Shown in pieces: positions 24,897-37,499 of a stretch of 64,000 bases of DNA. The stretch is from contig NC_045707.1 of assembly GCF_009834535.1 (NCBI RefSeq), forward strand, positions 61,444,001-61,508,000. The letters run 5' to 3'. How positions within the stretch are numbered: the first letter of the stretch is position 1; each line of letters begins with the position of its first letter. The translations under genes and the position numbers were made by a program. The notes under the pieces are model-generated. The model had not been told where the DNA came from, made no database searches, and worked only from the letters and a program-made list of their open reading frames with translations. Source of the DNA: Camelus ferus. Its lineage: Eukaryota.

Positions 24897-26075
24897 TAAA
24901 ACTATAAAATTCCTAGAAGAAAACAAAGGGGGAAAGCTTCATGACATTGGATTTGTCAATGATTTCTTAAATATGTCAGCAAAAGCACAGGCAACAAGAT
25001 GAAAAATAGATAAATTAGACTTCACCAAAATGAAAAATTTTTGTGTATCAAAGGACACTGTTAACAGAATGAAAAGGCAACCTATGGATGGGAGAAAACA
25101 TTTGCAAATCATATATTTAATAAGAGATTTTATCCAGAATGTATAAAGAATTCCTTCAACTCCTATAACAAAAAACCCTAACAACCTGACAAAAAGATAA
25201 GCAAAGGACTTGTATAGATATTTCTACAAAGAAGATATACAAATGGCCAATAAGCACCTGGAAAGATGCTCAACATCATTAATCACTGGGGAAATGAAAG
25301 TCAAAACCATAACAACATACCACTTCACTTCCCATTAAGTGGTTATATCAAAAAAACAGAAAACAACAAGTGTTTGCAAGGATGTGGAGAAAATGAAACC
25401 CTGTGCATTGCTGGTGGGACTGTGAAATGTGCAGTCACTATGGGAAACAAAATGGCAGTTCTTCATAAAGTTAAATATGGAATTTCTCCATGTTCTGGCA
25501 ATGCCAGTTCTGGGTATATGCTCAGTAGAGGTGAAAGCAGGGAACAGGACAGATATTTATTCACATACCTATGTCCACAGCAGCATTATTTACAATAGCC
25601 AAAACGCAGAAGAAACTCGTGTCCATTGAAAGATGAATGGATAAACAAAATGTGGTATATACATAACGTAGAATATTATTAAGCCTTTAAAAGGATGGAA
25701 ATTCTGACATATGCTACAACATGGATGAATCTTGAAGACATGCTAAGTGAAGTAAGTCAGTCACAAAAAGAAATAGTTATGATTCGTACATGAATTACCT
25801 GGAGTAGTCAAATTTATGAGACAGAAAGTAAGATGGTGGTTGCTACTGGGAGGAAGGGAGTTAGTGTTTAGTGGGTACAGAGTTTCAACTGGGGAAGATG
25901 AAAGTGTTCGGAGATGAATGATGGTGATGATTGTATAACAATGTGATGTATTTAAAACCATGGAACTATACACTTACAGATAACAATGTGATGTATTTAA
26001 AACCATGGAACTATACACTTACAGATGGTTAAATGGTAAATTTTATGTTATGTTTTTTTTTACAATAAAAAAATA
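24897..26075 (+). mobile_element. L1 3' end (L1MB-like) with A-rich tail
   Basis: ORF2 C-terminal region and 3'UTR, ending TACAATAAAAAAATAAA. Confidence 0.8.
25936..26025. repeat. Perfect 45-bp tandem duplication
   Basis: TAACAATGTGATGTATTTAAAACCATGGAACTATACACTTACAGA twice (25936-25980 and 25981-26025). Confidence 0.95.
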
Positions 26076-26596
26076 AATTTTTGAGTTTAAAAACAAGGTA
26101 GAGCAAAAATACTAGATGACAACAACAGCATGGAAGTGGATAGGAGACATTCAAAATTTATGTGTTGTAATATCTTTTTAATATTTGGAAGGAGATTATA
26201 AATGTTGACTAACTTTGGACTTCATAATGTATATATGTTAAAATGTTAAGCATAATCAATGAAAAATAAAAATAAAATGTATAATTTCCAAATCTGTCAA
26301 GGAAAAGTTCTAAGTAGACCATACCATTATGATAGACTATACTTGTTACAGTTATTATTTACATCCTAGTAAAATCCATGGGAAAAATACATACCAACTC
26401 ATAGAAAGAAGAGAAGGGTAAAATTTAGGGTGGGATTTTAAACTGTACCCAAAACACTATTTCTTTAGAAAGGTTCACATATTAAGATATATATTATGGG
26501 GACACTGTATTATTCTCTATACCTTATGTCTGAAATAAAAATTTTAGAGTGTAGGAATACAAAAGGTACAAAAAGTTGTACTAAAAAGTATTGTGT

Positions 26597-26716
26597 GTTG
26601 TGGGGAGGATATAACTCAAGTGGTAGAGTGCATGCTTAGCGTGCATGAGGTCCTGGGTTCAATCCCTAGTACCTCCTCTAAAAATAAATAAATAAACTTA
26701 ATTACCGCCCCCTGCC

Positions 26717-26782
<66 letters not shown>

Positions 26783-26837
26783 GAAAGACAATAAAAATTA
26801 ACATAAAGCAGAGAAAATTATTTTAAAAAAAATTTTT
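26597..26837 (+). mobile_element. Full-length tRNA-derived SINE (camelid vic-1-like) with A/(TA)n tail
   Basis: A box TAACTCAAGTGG, B box GGTTCAATCCC, AATAAA repeats, A-tract and (TA)n. Direct repeat AAGTATTGTGT at 26586-26596 and 26838-26848. Confidence 0.85.
26732..26780. repeat. (TA)n microsatellite
   Basis: Directly visible, in the SINE tail. Confidence 0.95.
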
Positions 26838-27577
26838 AAGTATTGTGTTTATTATCTGGAGGAAGGCTAACCTCCAAACTTAGAAAAAAGAGAATTAATC
26901 ACAATGGGTAGGAAATACATAGATATAATTCTCAAATATCCTCAAACTCTAAGATCAAAAGACCAAAAATGGCTTGGCTAAAACTATCTTCAGCAAATAC
27001 AATGCTAGTTATAGTATATATTTCTATAAGAAAATATATAAACAGAAGTGGAAATTACTGACAATACAAAAGGTAAAGAAAATGAACAAAAAAAGAACGA
27101 AAATACCTCCAATCAAAAGAGCATTTTAAAATTAACCTTAAAGTTAAGTACCCATTTATAATATACTAGTTTTGCAAGTGATTGAAAGTGCCCCAGCCAG
27201 TTGGATGTGGTGAAAACGGAATACTTCTAAATTGCTGGTATTTGCTTAATTTGGCATATTCCTTTAAAATAGCAACTGCTATGTATCATATAAAGTTAAA
27301 AAATCACATCCTTAATTTTTTATCACATTTCTCAATTTTTCGTAAAGAACTAATCGAGAAGGAATAAAAGACTTACAAGCCAGTCCTTACAGTATTTACA
27401 ACGTAAATTGGAAGCACCTAATTGTCTGATAAGATATTTACTCAGTAAGTTTTGCAGTCGTTTTTCATGACAATCACTACAACTCCATAGCAACAAGGAA
27501 CAGTTGATGAAATATTAAAAAGAAATAGGGGGAAAATGGGAAAGAAGCAAGTACAACATTGTAAAGAAATGCAAAAT

Positions 27578-27966
27578 TAGGGCCAGGACCAGGGTGAGGT
27601 AAATGAAACACCATCTCGGGAGCAAACATTCAGGGTGCATACCAAAGAACTCAATATTCAAAGTAAGTAATATTTTTAAAGGGCAAAACAAAACAAGTGT
27701 GAAAACATTTGTGATAAAAATTCAAAATTTTAAATAGGAACAGATTCTGACCTTTCACTTGCATCATCCTGAGAACGCCTCACTTGCCTCCCTCTCCCGA
27801 ATTCAAAGTTCCCGCCTTTGTTTAAATTGGTCCTGTTTGCATCAATGATATTCTTGCGCTGATTTTTCAATTAACGAAAAGTATTGCCTTAAACGCTCAC
27901 TTTCTCGAACTGAAACCCCCCTTAAATTTTGCACGGATGCCTCTGCTCAGCCTCGTCCCGGCCCTG
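27578..27966. mobile_element. MER96B-like hAT DNA transposon
   Basis: Terminal inverted repeats TAGGGCCAGGAC / GTCCCGGCCCTG and an 8-bp target-site duplication TGCAAAAT / TGGAAAAT (7/8). Confidence 0.75.
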
Positions 27967-28069
27967 TGGAAAATCCTGGTAAATACCTATGTGTTCGAGT
28001 GATAGCGGTTTTTACTTCTTGAATGTATAAACTTCACGTGTATTTTTAAACTCGAACTACAAGTTAGGT

Positions 28070-28625
<556 letters not shown>

Positions 28626-29540
28626 ACTAATGAAGTTAACTATTATTCAGAGCGTATTTCTTAATGAGTCATCTGTAAATGCCAGGTGCTGCATAATTAG
28701 CGTGTCTGAGGAAACTACTTATTCTTATGTGATACTGATGAAAATTCGTTTTTCTTCAGTCCTTACGTGTTAAGTTGGGAATTTAATGTAGGACGCTCCC
28801 TTTACTTTCCTCTTGGACAAAAGAATATCTTATTTTTGGTGGAATTCCTCTTTGAGATTTTCTCTCAGTGTTTTAATGATCCTTTGTGGGAAACCACACG
28901 AGAAATGGAAGCGTGGAAAGCTCAGCGTGTAGTGGGTAGACTCGGGATCGTCAGACCTCGTGAGGTTAAAATATTTTCATTTCTTCTTTCACCAGCACGT
29001 ATAGACAGCTTGGAATATCAACATGCATCTTCTCTGACAAATTGTCACGTTCACTGTTCACGCTATTGTCAGTAAGTAAGAACTCATTTTTTTGTTTTCA
29101 TTTCTTTCAGGCAAAAATGCCAGGTGTCCTAGCAAATTTTGGCCTTAATTCTTTGGCTTCAAAAATGTTGCTCAAGAAAACTAACTTTGAAGAACACAAG
29201 TTCTAGGCATAGAATAAAAACGCATAATTATTTTAGGGTACATATTTGTGCTCGATAGCATTAAGAAGATATTCAGAATCATTAACACAGGGGCAGAATT
29301 TTGCCACAAAGCATTGCAACTGTTTGACCAAAAATATCTAAAAATAAATGTGCTTTTAAAAATTACCTGTGGTGTACACAATTGAAAGCAGTAGACCTCA
29401 CAAGGTGGTTTCGTTCATGCCTTAATTCTTTTAATAAATATTACCAGGTAATGTGTTAGGTGGATGAGGAAGACCAGTGGACAAGACACAGACCCTGCTT
29501 CCAAGTAGCTTAAAGTTTGGTGAGCTAGCAAATCAGTAAC

Positions 29541-30670
29541 TTTTTTTTTTCTTTTACTATTTTTTTTAAAAATTGAAGTATAGGTGTTTTACAATGTTGC
29601 ATTAGTTTCAGTTATACAGAAAAGTGATTCAGTTATACATACATATAATAATATATATAATATATATATTATTCTTTTCAGAATTTTTCATCATAGGTTA
29701 TTACAAGATATAGAATATAGTTCCCTATGCTATACAGTAGGACTCTGCTATTTTATATATAGCAGTGTGTATATGTTAATCCCAAATTCCTAATGTATCC
29801 CTCCCTCCCCTCTGCTTCCCCTTTGGTAACCCTAGGTTTGTTATCTATGTTTGTGAATCTATTTCTGTTTTATAAATACATTCATTTGTATCATTTCTTA
29901 GATTCCTCTTATAAGCAATAGCATATATTTGTCTTTCTTTGTCTGACTTACTTCATTTAGTGTGATTCTCTAGGTCCATCCATGTTGCTGCAAATGACAT
30001 TATTTCATTCTTTTTATGGCTGAGTAATATTCCATTGTATATATATATACAATGGAATATTGCATGCACACACACATATATATATACATCTTCTTTATCC
30101 ACTCATTCATCAATGGACGTTTAGTTTGTTTCCATGTATTGGCTATTGTAAATAGTGCTGCTGTGAACATTGGGTGCATGTGTCTTTTCAAACTAGAATT
30201 CTCTCCGGATATATGCCCAGGAGTGGGATGACTGGCTCTTACGGTAACTCTATTTTTAGTGTTTTAAGGAACTTCTATACTGTCCTTCATAGTGGCTGCA
30301 CCAATTTGCAGTCCCACCAACAGTGTTGGAGGGTTCCTTTTCCTCCACATCCTCTCCAGCATTTATTATTTGTAGACTTTTTGATGATAGGCCATTCTGA
30401 CTAGTGTAATACCTCACTGTAGTTTTTATTTACGTATCTCTTATAATTAGCCATGTCGAACATCTTTTCATGTGCCTTTTGGCTATCTATCTGTTTTCAT
30501 TGGAGAAATGTCTGTTTAGATCTTCTGCCAATTTTTAGATTGGATTGTTTATTTATTTATTTTCAATATTTAGCTGTATGAATTGTTTGGTATATTTTTG
30601 GAAATTAATCCCTTGTCGGTCACATCGTTTGCAAATATTTTCTCCCATTCCATAGGTTGTCATTTTGTAC
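29541..30670 (-). mobile_element. L1 3' end
   Basis: Poly(T), 3'UTR and ORF2 end ([19 protein letters not shown]). Similar flanks GTAACTTTT on both sides. Confidence 0.85.
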
Positions 30671-33600
30671 AAACTGGTAACTTTTATACCATGTGATAAA
30701 TACAAAACCAAAATGCTATTGCAGCATGTGTAGGCCAGCTAACCTCCTTTTTGAGGACCAGGTAAGCCTGTCTGAGGAATGTGACATCAAGAAAGTGACG
30801 CACACAGGTGAAACAGTGCATTCTAAACAAAGGAAAAAGCGTGCAATCTGCCATGAGATCCAAAAAGGCTAAAAGTTTTTTAGTGTGACCAGAGTGTTTT
30901 GTGGGGGTGAAGGTGGCAAGTGCTTCAAGATGGAATTCCTTTATTATGTTGATACTGTAGACTATGAAAATTGCTATATTAAGGAGGAAGATAAATAGAA
31001 TAATGCAATCTTAGATTAGGAAGGAATTTTAGACTTCGATTCCTCCCAAAGTATTAGACATATTCTCTGAAACATCACTGATAGGTGATCACCATATCCT
31101 CTGCTTAAATAATTACGCTAACAGGGGTCATTATCTCTTAGGCAGCCCATTCCTTTGCTGGGCGTCTTACTCATTAATTTAATAAATGTTCCTTTAGGCC
31201 CCCTATGTCTCAGAGCCTGTGCTAGGTGCTAGAGTTACAAATTCTCAACAAGGTAGATATGTAGGATGTCCACATGAAGCTTTTAGTTAAAGGTGATGCA
31301 GACAAATCATCAAATAATTACAATACAGATACGATACAAATATAAATAGCTATTTTAAAATTTATTTACAAAAATTCTTATTGTGTATCAAGAGCTGTTT
31401 CATTTATTTATCTACTTATTTTTTTATTGTGGTAAAATATACAGAACATAAAATTTACCATTTTAATTATTTTTAGTGTAAAATTCAGTGGCAGTTACAT
31501 TCACAGTGCTGTGTAATCACCACCACTGTTTTCAGAACTATCTGGCGCTATTTGAAATGCTTTGGAAAATATCAGGTCATTTAAATCATAAAACCTTAAG
31601 AAACAGTTATTATTTCCACTTTATAGATAGAAAAGCTGAGAAAAAGAGAAGTCAAGTAATTTGTCTAAAGTCACCCAGCCAGTAAGTGTTAGGGCTCGTT
31701 TTCAAAGCCAGGTGACTAACATGGGGGTACAGAGGAAAGGCATATGAAGACATGTAGTTTGGTCTGTGTAGAAAGAGGCTGAGTTTGCTGAAAATGTTTT
31801 GCAAATATTCAGCCTTTCATATCTGTCAGTGAGTTAGCTAGCATCATGCACTTCGCACGAGAAATATTTTAAATGTACTATATCTTAAAGTATTTTTTTC
31901 AAAAATTTTGAAGATGTGTTTGAGACTTGAGGATTAATCACTAATATATCATGTATTAAATCACAGATTATACATCAGTACCAAAAGATGTGTTAGTTTT
32001 CTCATAACTTTTTATAGCTTGTGACTTTCTGAATTTTGAAATTTTGGGCTGTTCAGCTAGCCCTCTAGAAGATTTAACTTTCTTAATTTTGAACATAATA
32101 ACTTACACATTATGTTCCTTGAAGGCATTGGAATTATTGAAGGATATTGACAGAATCATTTTTTTTTTACAAGCAATGTGAAAATTACATGTCACTACAT
32201 TATTTCACTAAAGTTCTGCTTCTGATGTACTTTTTGAATATCTATTTATTTTTGTTTTATTTAATAGAGATACTGCTTTCACTTAAAAAATAAGGGCAAT
32301 TTCAGTAGAGACTTCAAGCCCCTTGCTTGTCTCAGATGATTTTGGACTTTCTTGAGTTTTCGATTTCTGTATGCTGTGCTTGAAATTTTAAGGAAATACT
32401 CAAATTCTGTATTCTTTCTGATTTTGATAAAAGCTAGCAAGTTTAAAAATACATTTTTTAATATATATATGAGGAAAACAATCATGAAATAAGGTTAAAG
32501 ATACTGATGGCTACTATTTTGTTTGCTGTATTGTTACTTTATTGACTTTCAATCTGTCCTCATTTGATTGATCTTTTCTATAATTCAGAAATTCAAATTA
32601 TGATAATGGTGCATGAGAAGCATTACAAGAGAAAACCAAAATGATGCTGCAAATAAAATCCAATATTCATGAGTGGAAAGATGGACTTTATTAAAATGTA
32701 AATGAAGGCCAACTAAGAAAGATACTTGCTAGGTAAATGTCAAAGGATTAAAATCACTGATGCGTCATTCAGGCACACTTAAGAATCATTTAAAATTTCT
32801 AAGAATATGAACAGCACCATTAGAAAAATGAATGAAAATGAATGGACAATTTACCACCACCATCAAAAAAAAAAAAGATTCAAAACAGTATAGTGGAAAT
32901 ATTCATACTACACCTGTTCTTTTCACATATTGCTAAGATGGACTATGCATAACCAGATTCTAGGATGAATTTGAGTCTTAGGAACTAAACTGCAGTTTGC
33001 CTCATAAAATTGAGTATGAATCTGGGAAAGTTTATATAGAATTTTGACTCCTAAATTTACATTACTCCTGTATTCTGGAGGTTAATATTTATTTGGCATG
33101 GCTATATTATGCAATAGTTCCCAGGAATCCTCCCACCGAAAGATAGCATTCCTGCAGACTGTCTTAATAATTCTCAAAAAATATTTTTATAAATCTGAAC
33201 ATTATTTATGAAAATGTTTAAATCTACTAATAGTTCAAGAAATGAAAATTAATAGCATCAGCCTCACAGAATTATTGAGAGGATTATATAAATTCTTATA
33301 TTTGAAGCACTGAGTCCATTGTAAACATTACTTAATGTTAGCTATTACTATTATTAAATTAATACTGTTAATAAATGCTATCTAATTTTCACTTATTATA
33401 TGGACAAGAACTAAAATACATTTTAACACTTAGCATTTTGCCAGACACGTTACACATTCTTAATACATAATTATGGAATTACCCTTATGACAATTGGTGT
33501 GGTCTCACTAGCTACCAGGAGCAAGTATAATGTATGCAAAGTCCAAGTGGGTTCCTGGTGCTTTGTGACTAGGAGGCAATGTCAAGGGGTATGGAGCTTT

Positions 33601-33982
33601 CCTGAGGGAAAATGAGAGTTCCCCTGTGACTGATGACTATGGGATTTGTTTTGCTTCTTTTGCTGCAGTGTGTTAACTCATGCAGATTTAATTACAGATT
33701 TGCATTACTTAGTTTTAACTAAGCCAACCATCACAAAATGCTCATATGTCTTAAAAAAATAACTGAAGGATTGTAGATTAAAGATACAAGTGCACTCAAA
33801 TAATATTGATCATTTGATTCTTGTCTTCCTAGTGTAAACATCTCTTTAGCAGTCATTTTTTAAATTCATTTTGTCATTCTTTTCAGGTCAAATTTTTGTG
33901 TATTTTAAAATATCTATTGCTCTATTATAGACATACACATGGTACATGTAATTAAATAGTACATGTACACTTTTGTTCAGGC

Positions 33983-34092
33983 TTAGGGTTACCAACTTCC
34001 TGGTTTTTTAAGGAATGTCCTGGGTTTATCTTGTTTTCCTGTGTCCTTGGACCCCCCTCAGTCCCAGGCAAACCAGGAATGTTGATCACTCT
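33983..34092. mobile_element. MER94-like hAT MITE
   Basis: TAGGGTTACCAAC...CAGTCCCAGGCAAACCAGGAATGTTGATCACTCT with inverted termini. Confidence 0.65.
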
Positions 34093-35084
34093 CAATATTT
34101 TTTGATTTTGCATAATCAAAAAAATACAGAGACGATAGTTTAAATCATCTTTTCACCATCTTTCCCAAGGGATGAGAATGGAATATATCTGGCCCAGTTA
34201 AGACTGAAGAGTCTGATCACTATAACTCCAACTGATTAGGCAATTTCTGGAAACTTCAGATATAGCCTAGTAGGACAAAAGGATCCCCAGAAAAATGCAC
34301 TGTTCAAATCTTGAGTGAGATGCCCTCAGTAATTTGAAAAGGCCAAGTCCAGCGCTGTTTGTCTAGTAATTCCACACGGCGTGAAATAGGAGGGTTACTT
34401 ATGGTCACTACTAAGAGCAAGATCTGCTCAGAGTGAAAAAATTGAAGTGGTGCTGAGCCTCTAAGATGTTCTGTCAAGAGCCTATGGGTATGATCACAAG
34501 GAGAAGACATCCCCTTGGCCCTGAATTTTCCCTTCGTGCTAGTAAGGGGGGAACCCCACTAGTGAGGCAGAGGCATGCCACCTGCCCAGCCTCCGCTCAC
34601 TGTTTTGGAGTAGGTAGACAACTCTGCATGTAGAGGTCCCATTATCTGACAGCTGCCCTACTTGCAAGTTCTTATAACAGTGCTAATGACAAATATTTCT
34701 TCAAAATCAGGAGGTATAATTCTGTAAAAGTTCATTTTTTTAATGTGGTCTGTAGGATTTCAATTAATCTGACTTAAACTTATATGTTCTTTGACAAATA
34801 AGTCTGAAGAAGTAATGGAGTAATTATATTAAAAACCAGAAGATATTTTAATTGTTAATGAAAAAGTGTGATTAAAAATCCATGGAGACAACCCAACAAT
34901 AAACAATGCAGTAAGTGGAAAAGTATACCGTATATGTGTTGATTTATCGTTAGACTATTTCAAGCTGCAAGTTAGGGAGTAGTCAATTATGAATTCGAAA
35001 TTTTAACAATGCAATATTTAAGCAAATAGCAATAGTTTATTCTACTAAAAAGATAATAACTATATACATGGTGCCGAAGAGCAG

Positions 35085-35545
35085 TGTGATGGTTAATTTT
35101 ATGTATTAATGTGGCTAGACTGTGGTGGTTAGTGTTTGGTCAAGCACTAGTTTAGATATTGCTGTAAAGGTATTTTTTAGATGTGATTAACATTTACAAT
35201 CAGTTGACTTTAACTAAAGCACATTACCTTCCATAACGTGGGTGGGCCACATCCAGTCTGTTGAAGGCCTTATGAGCAGAGACTGATTTTCTGGAGGAAT
35301 TTTGCCTTTAGATTACAACATAGACATTCTGCCTGATTTCCCAGACTTTGGGCTGCAGCAGTAACTCTTACTTAAATCTCCATCCTGCCAGTTTGTCCTA
35401 CAGATTTTAGACTTGCTAGCCACCACAACTGTGTAAGACAATTCCTTAAAATCTCTCCTCTCACTCACTCTCCCTCCACCCACCTCCCCCCAACTCCCCC
35501 ATCCCTACATTGGTTCTGTTTTTCTGGAGAACCTTGACTAATACA
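35085..35545 (+). mobile_element. MLT2 solo LTR
   Basis: TGTGATGGTTAATTTTATGT...TTGGTTCTGTTTTTCTGGAGAACCTTGACTAATACA, with TG...CA ends. Confidence 0.8.
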
Positions 35546-36379
35546 AGCCAATTTGAAATATAAAATCACTTGGCTTCTCTTTTAAGAATACTGTCAATCA
35601 CTCAGCTATGTAGAAATTCCTCGGTGTTTGGTAATATATGCAAAATGATCCTCAACCATGTTAAAAATACATTTTTAAATGGTTTATAATATTTATAACT
35701 GAGGGAAGTTGGTGGTTGCTTTAGTTGTGAAGAAAAAGATCTAGATAATTTAGTCCATAGGAGCCAAACATAAGTGAATTTAAAAACTGAATTAATTGAA
35801 TAATCTTTTTTTTTGTCTTCAGACAACCAGAATTCATCAGTTCTTTTATTTGTAGAGATGTTGTTAACTGTACTACAGGTAATTTTTTATGGGGTTTTGA
35901 AAGGTATACCTGCATCCTGTTATTTTACACAGGGCATATTTTAATATAAAATCTCCTAAAAGAGATGAAAATCTCTTAATCCTAAAGGGGTATAATTTTA
36001 ATCTTCAGAACACATTTACTTTCCAAAGGTTTAAAATTTAATTGATTTCCCTTTTTGAATTTATCTGTTCTTATCTATTTTCCCAACTGTTGATTATGAC
36101 CATAATATAACATTACGTGCTATCTGAAATGTTCCTTAAAAACATTTTGTTTCTGAATAATGTTGACGGAATTCTTGAAGGAAATTACTAGCAGATAAGG
36201 AAAATATCTAGTCTAAATGTTTAAATCTTTAAGTCTGCTGTAATAAAAATGACAATCTGTAATATTAGAGATTGGAACTCTTTTGAATATATGTAAAATT
36301 TTAAAAAAATCACCTTACAGTACATCTTTTGGATTAAAAACAGACATTAAATGTAGATAATAGATAAGAATTTAGGCAT

Positions 36380-36385
36380 TTTAAT
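36380..36385 (-). terminator. Candidate poly(A) signal (ATTAAA) of GLIPR1L1
   Basis: ATTAAA on the minus strand about 77 nt after the stop codon. The region is AT-rich, so a chance match is possible. Confidence 0.45.
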
Positions 36386-36461
36386 AATTAAGAGTTACAT
36401 TTAGCCATAAACTGTTCCTTTGTTGTCATGTCTTAGAATTTCTCTTATCTATAAATGGCAA

Positions 36462-36553
36462 TTAAAACATTCTCAGAAGAACAAGAATTAGGCACAGTGG
36501 ACTACATGCTGTCTGCTGAGGTGCTAGCCCAGGTGGATTCCAGTTTGGATACG
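36462..36553 (-). CDS. GLIPR1L1: GLIPR1L1 coding exon 6 (terminal, hydrophobic GPI-signal-like tail)
   Basis: TTTTATTGACAG acceptor: (T)YPNWNPPGLAPQQTACSPLCLILVLLRMF then TAA. The six exons total 732 nt, giving 243 aa plus stop with no frame break. Confidence 0.9.
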
Positions 36554-36641
36554 CTGTCAATAAAATACAACAGTTAAGGACTCAATGTAGTTTCAAGGGG
36601 AGGATGCAATTGAATCAATACTGAAATATTTTGATACGTAC

Positions 36642-36668
36642 TTTGAAGACTATCACGTTCTTTATTTT
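36642..36668 (-). CDS. GLIPR1L1: GLIPR1L1 coding exon 5 (27-nt microexon)
   Basis: TTTCTGTTTTAG acceptor, GTACGT donor: (Q)NKERDSLQ. Phase 1-1. Resembles the recalled NKERD segment of ruminant GLIPR1L1. Confidence 0.85.
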
Positions 36669-37499
36669 CTAAAACAGAAAAAAATTAATATAAAATTAAA
36701 TGCATTCATTTGTGTTTCTGGCTTTTTGAATAAGAGAATCAACTTAGGAAACTTAAAACTTAGCTTGGCTTTTTAATTCAAGAAAATTAAAGCTTCTTCC
36801 CCGAATCCCACAGTACTTAAAAATCTGTGTGATGTCCCCTGACAATAATGTCATGTCAGCACATATTTCTGGAACACCTCTCACACTGAAGGCACAAAAC
36901 CCTGAAATAGGTGAACTATATACCAGTAGTTAACTTTATTTTTGGCACTCTGCCATCCCCATTTAAAGTCCCAGAGATAAGATTATAATTCCTTCATGTT
37001 GAGTTTGGAGTACCAGGGTCCTGCAGTTTGTTAAGAATTCATTTATTTCATTTATTTTCATTCATTTATTCATTTTTGAGTGTCTGCTATATATTGAGCA
37101 TGATTCTAGAAGCTTGGATATAATGGTTATCAGGAAAAAGTAAAGGTCCTTTCCTTTCAGAAAAGTAAGGGGAGAAAATCTATCATCAATTTTAAAGTTG
37201 AATAAATGAATAAAAGTGAATAAAAAGTATCCTTTTAGAGAGTGATTAGTGTGAAGGAAAAAAAGGGTCAAATGGCAGAAAATAATGAGGAACTTAACTA
37301 TGATAAAAGCTAAAATTTGAGAACATCACTCTGTATGGTTTATCAGACATAATCCTCTTAATCACCTCCTGAGTTAAGCCATCTAACCCCAAGGCCTGTA
37401 CATTTAACCATTATGCTGTATTTCCTGCCTTTCAAAAAAGGAAGTCAAAAAGCTAAAAGCTGATTTTCTATAGAAACTGATCAACAGAAGTCAAAAGTC

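Noticed and set aside
24110..26075. Twin-primed (5'-inverted) single L1 at the 24895 junction
   Set aside because: The two halves overlap in ORF2 C-terminal content and each has its own different 3'UTR, so they are two independent insertions.
26602..26675. tRNA gene
   Set aside because: It has A and B boxes but continues into a SINE body with an A-rich tail and target-site duplication, so it is a retroposon.
32279..32485. Minus-strand ORF as a terminal exon of GLIPR1L1
   Set aside because: The real terminal exons are at 36642-36668 and 36462-36553 with the expected motifs and stop. This ORF has no CAP-family similarity.
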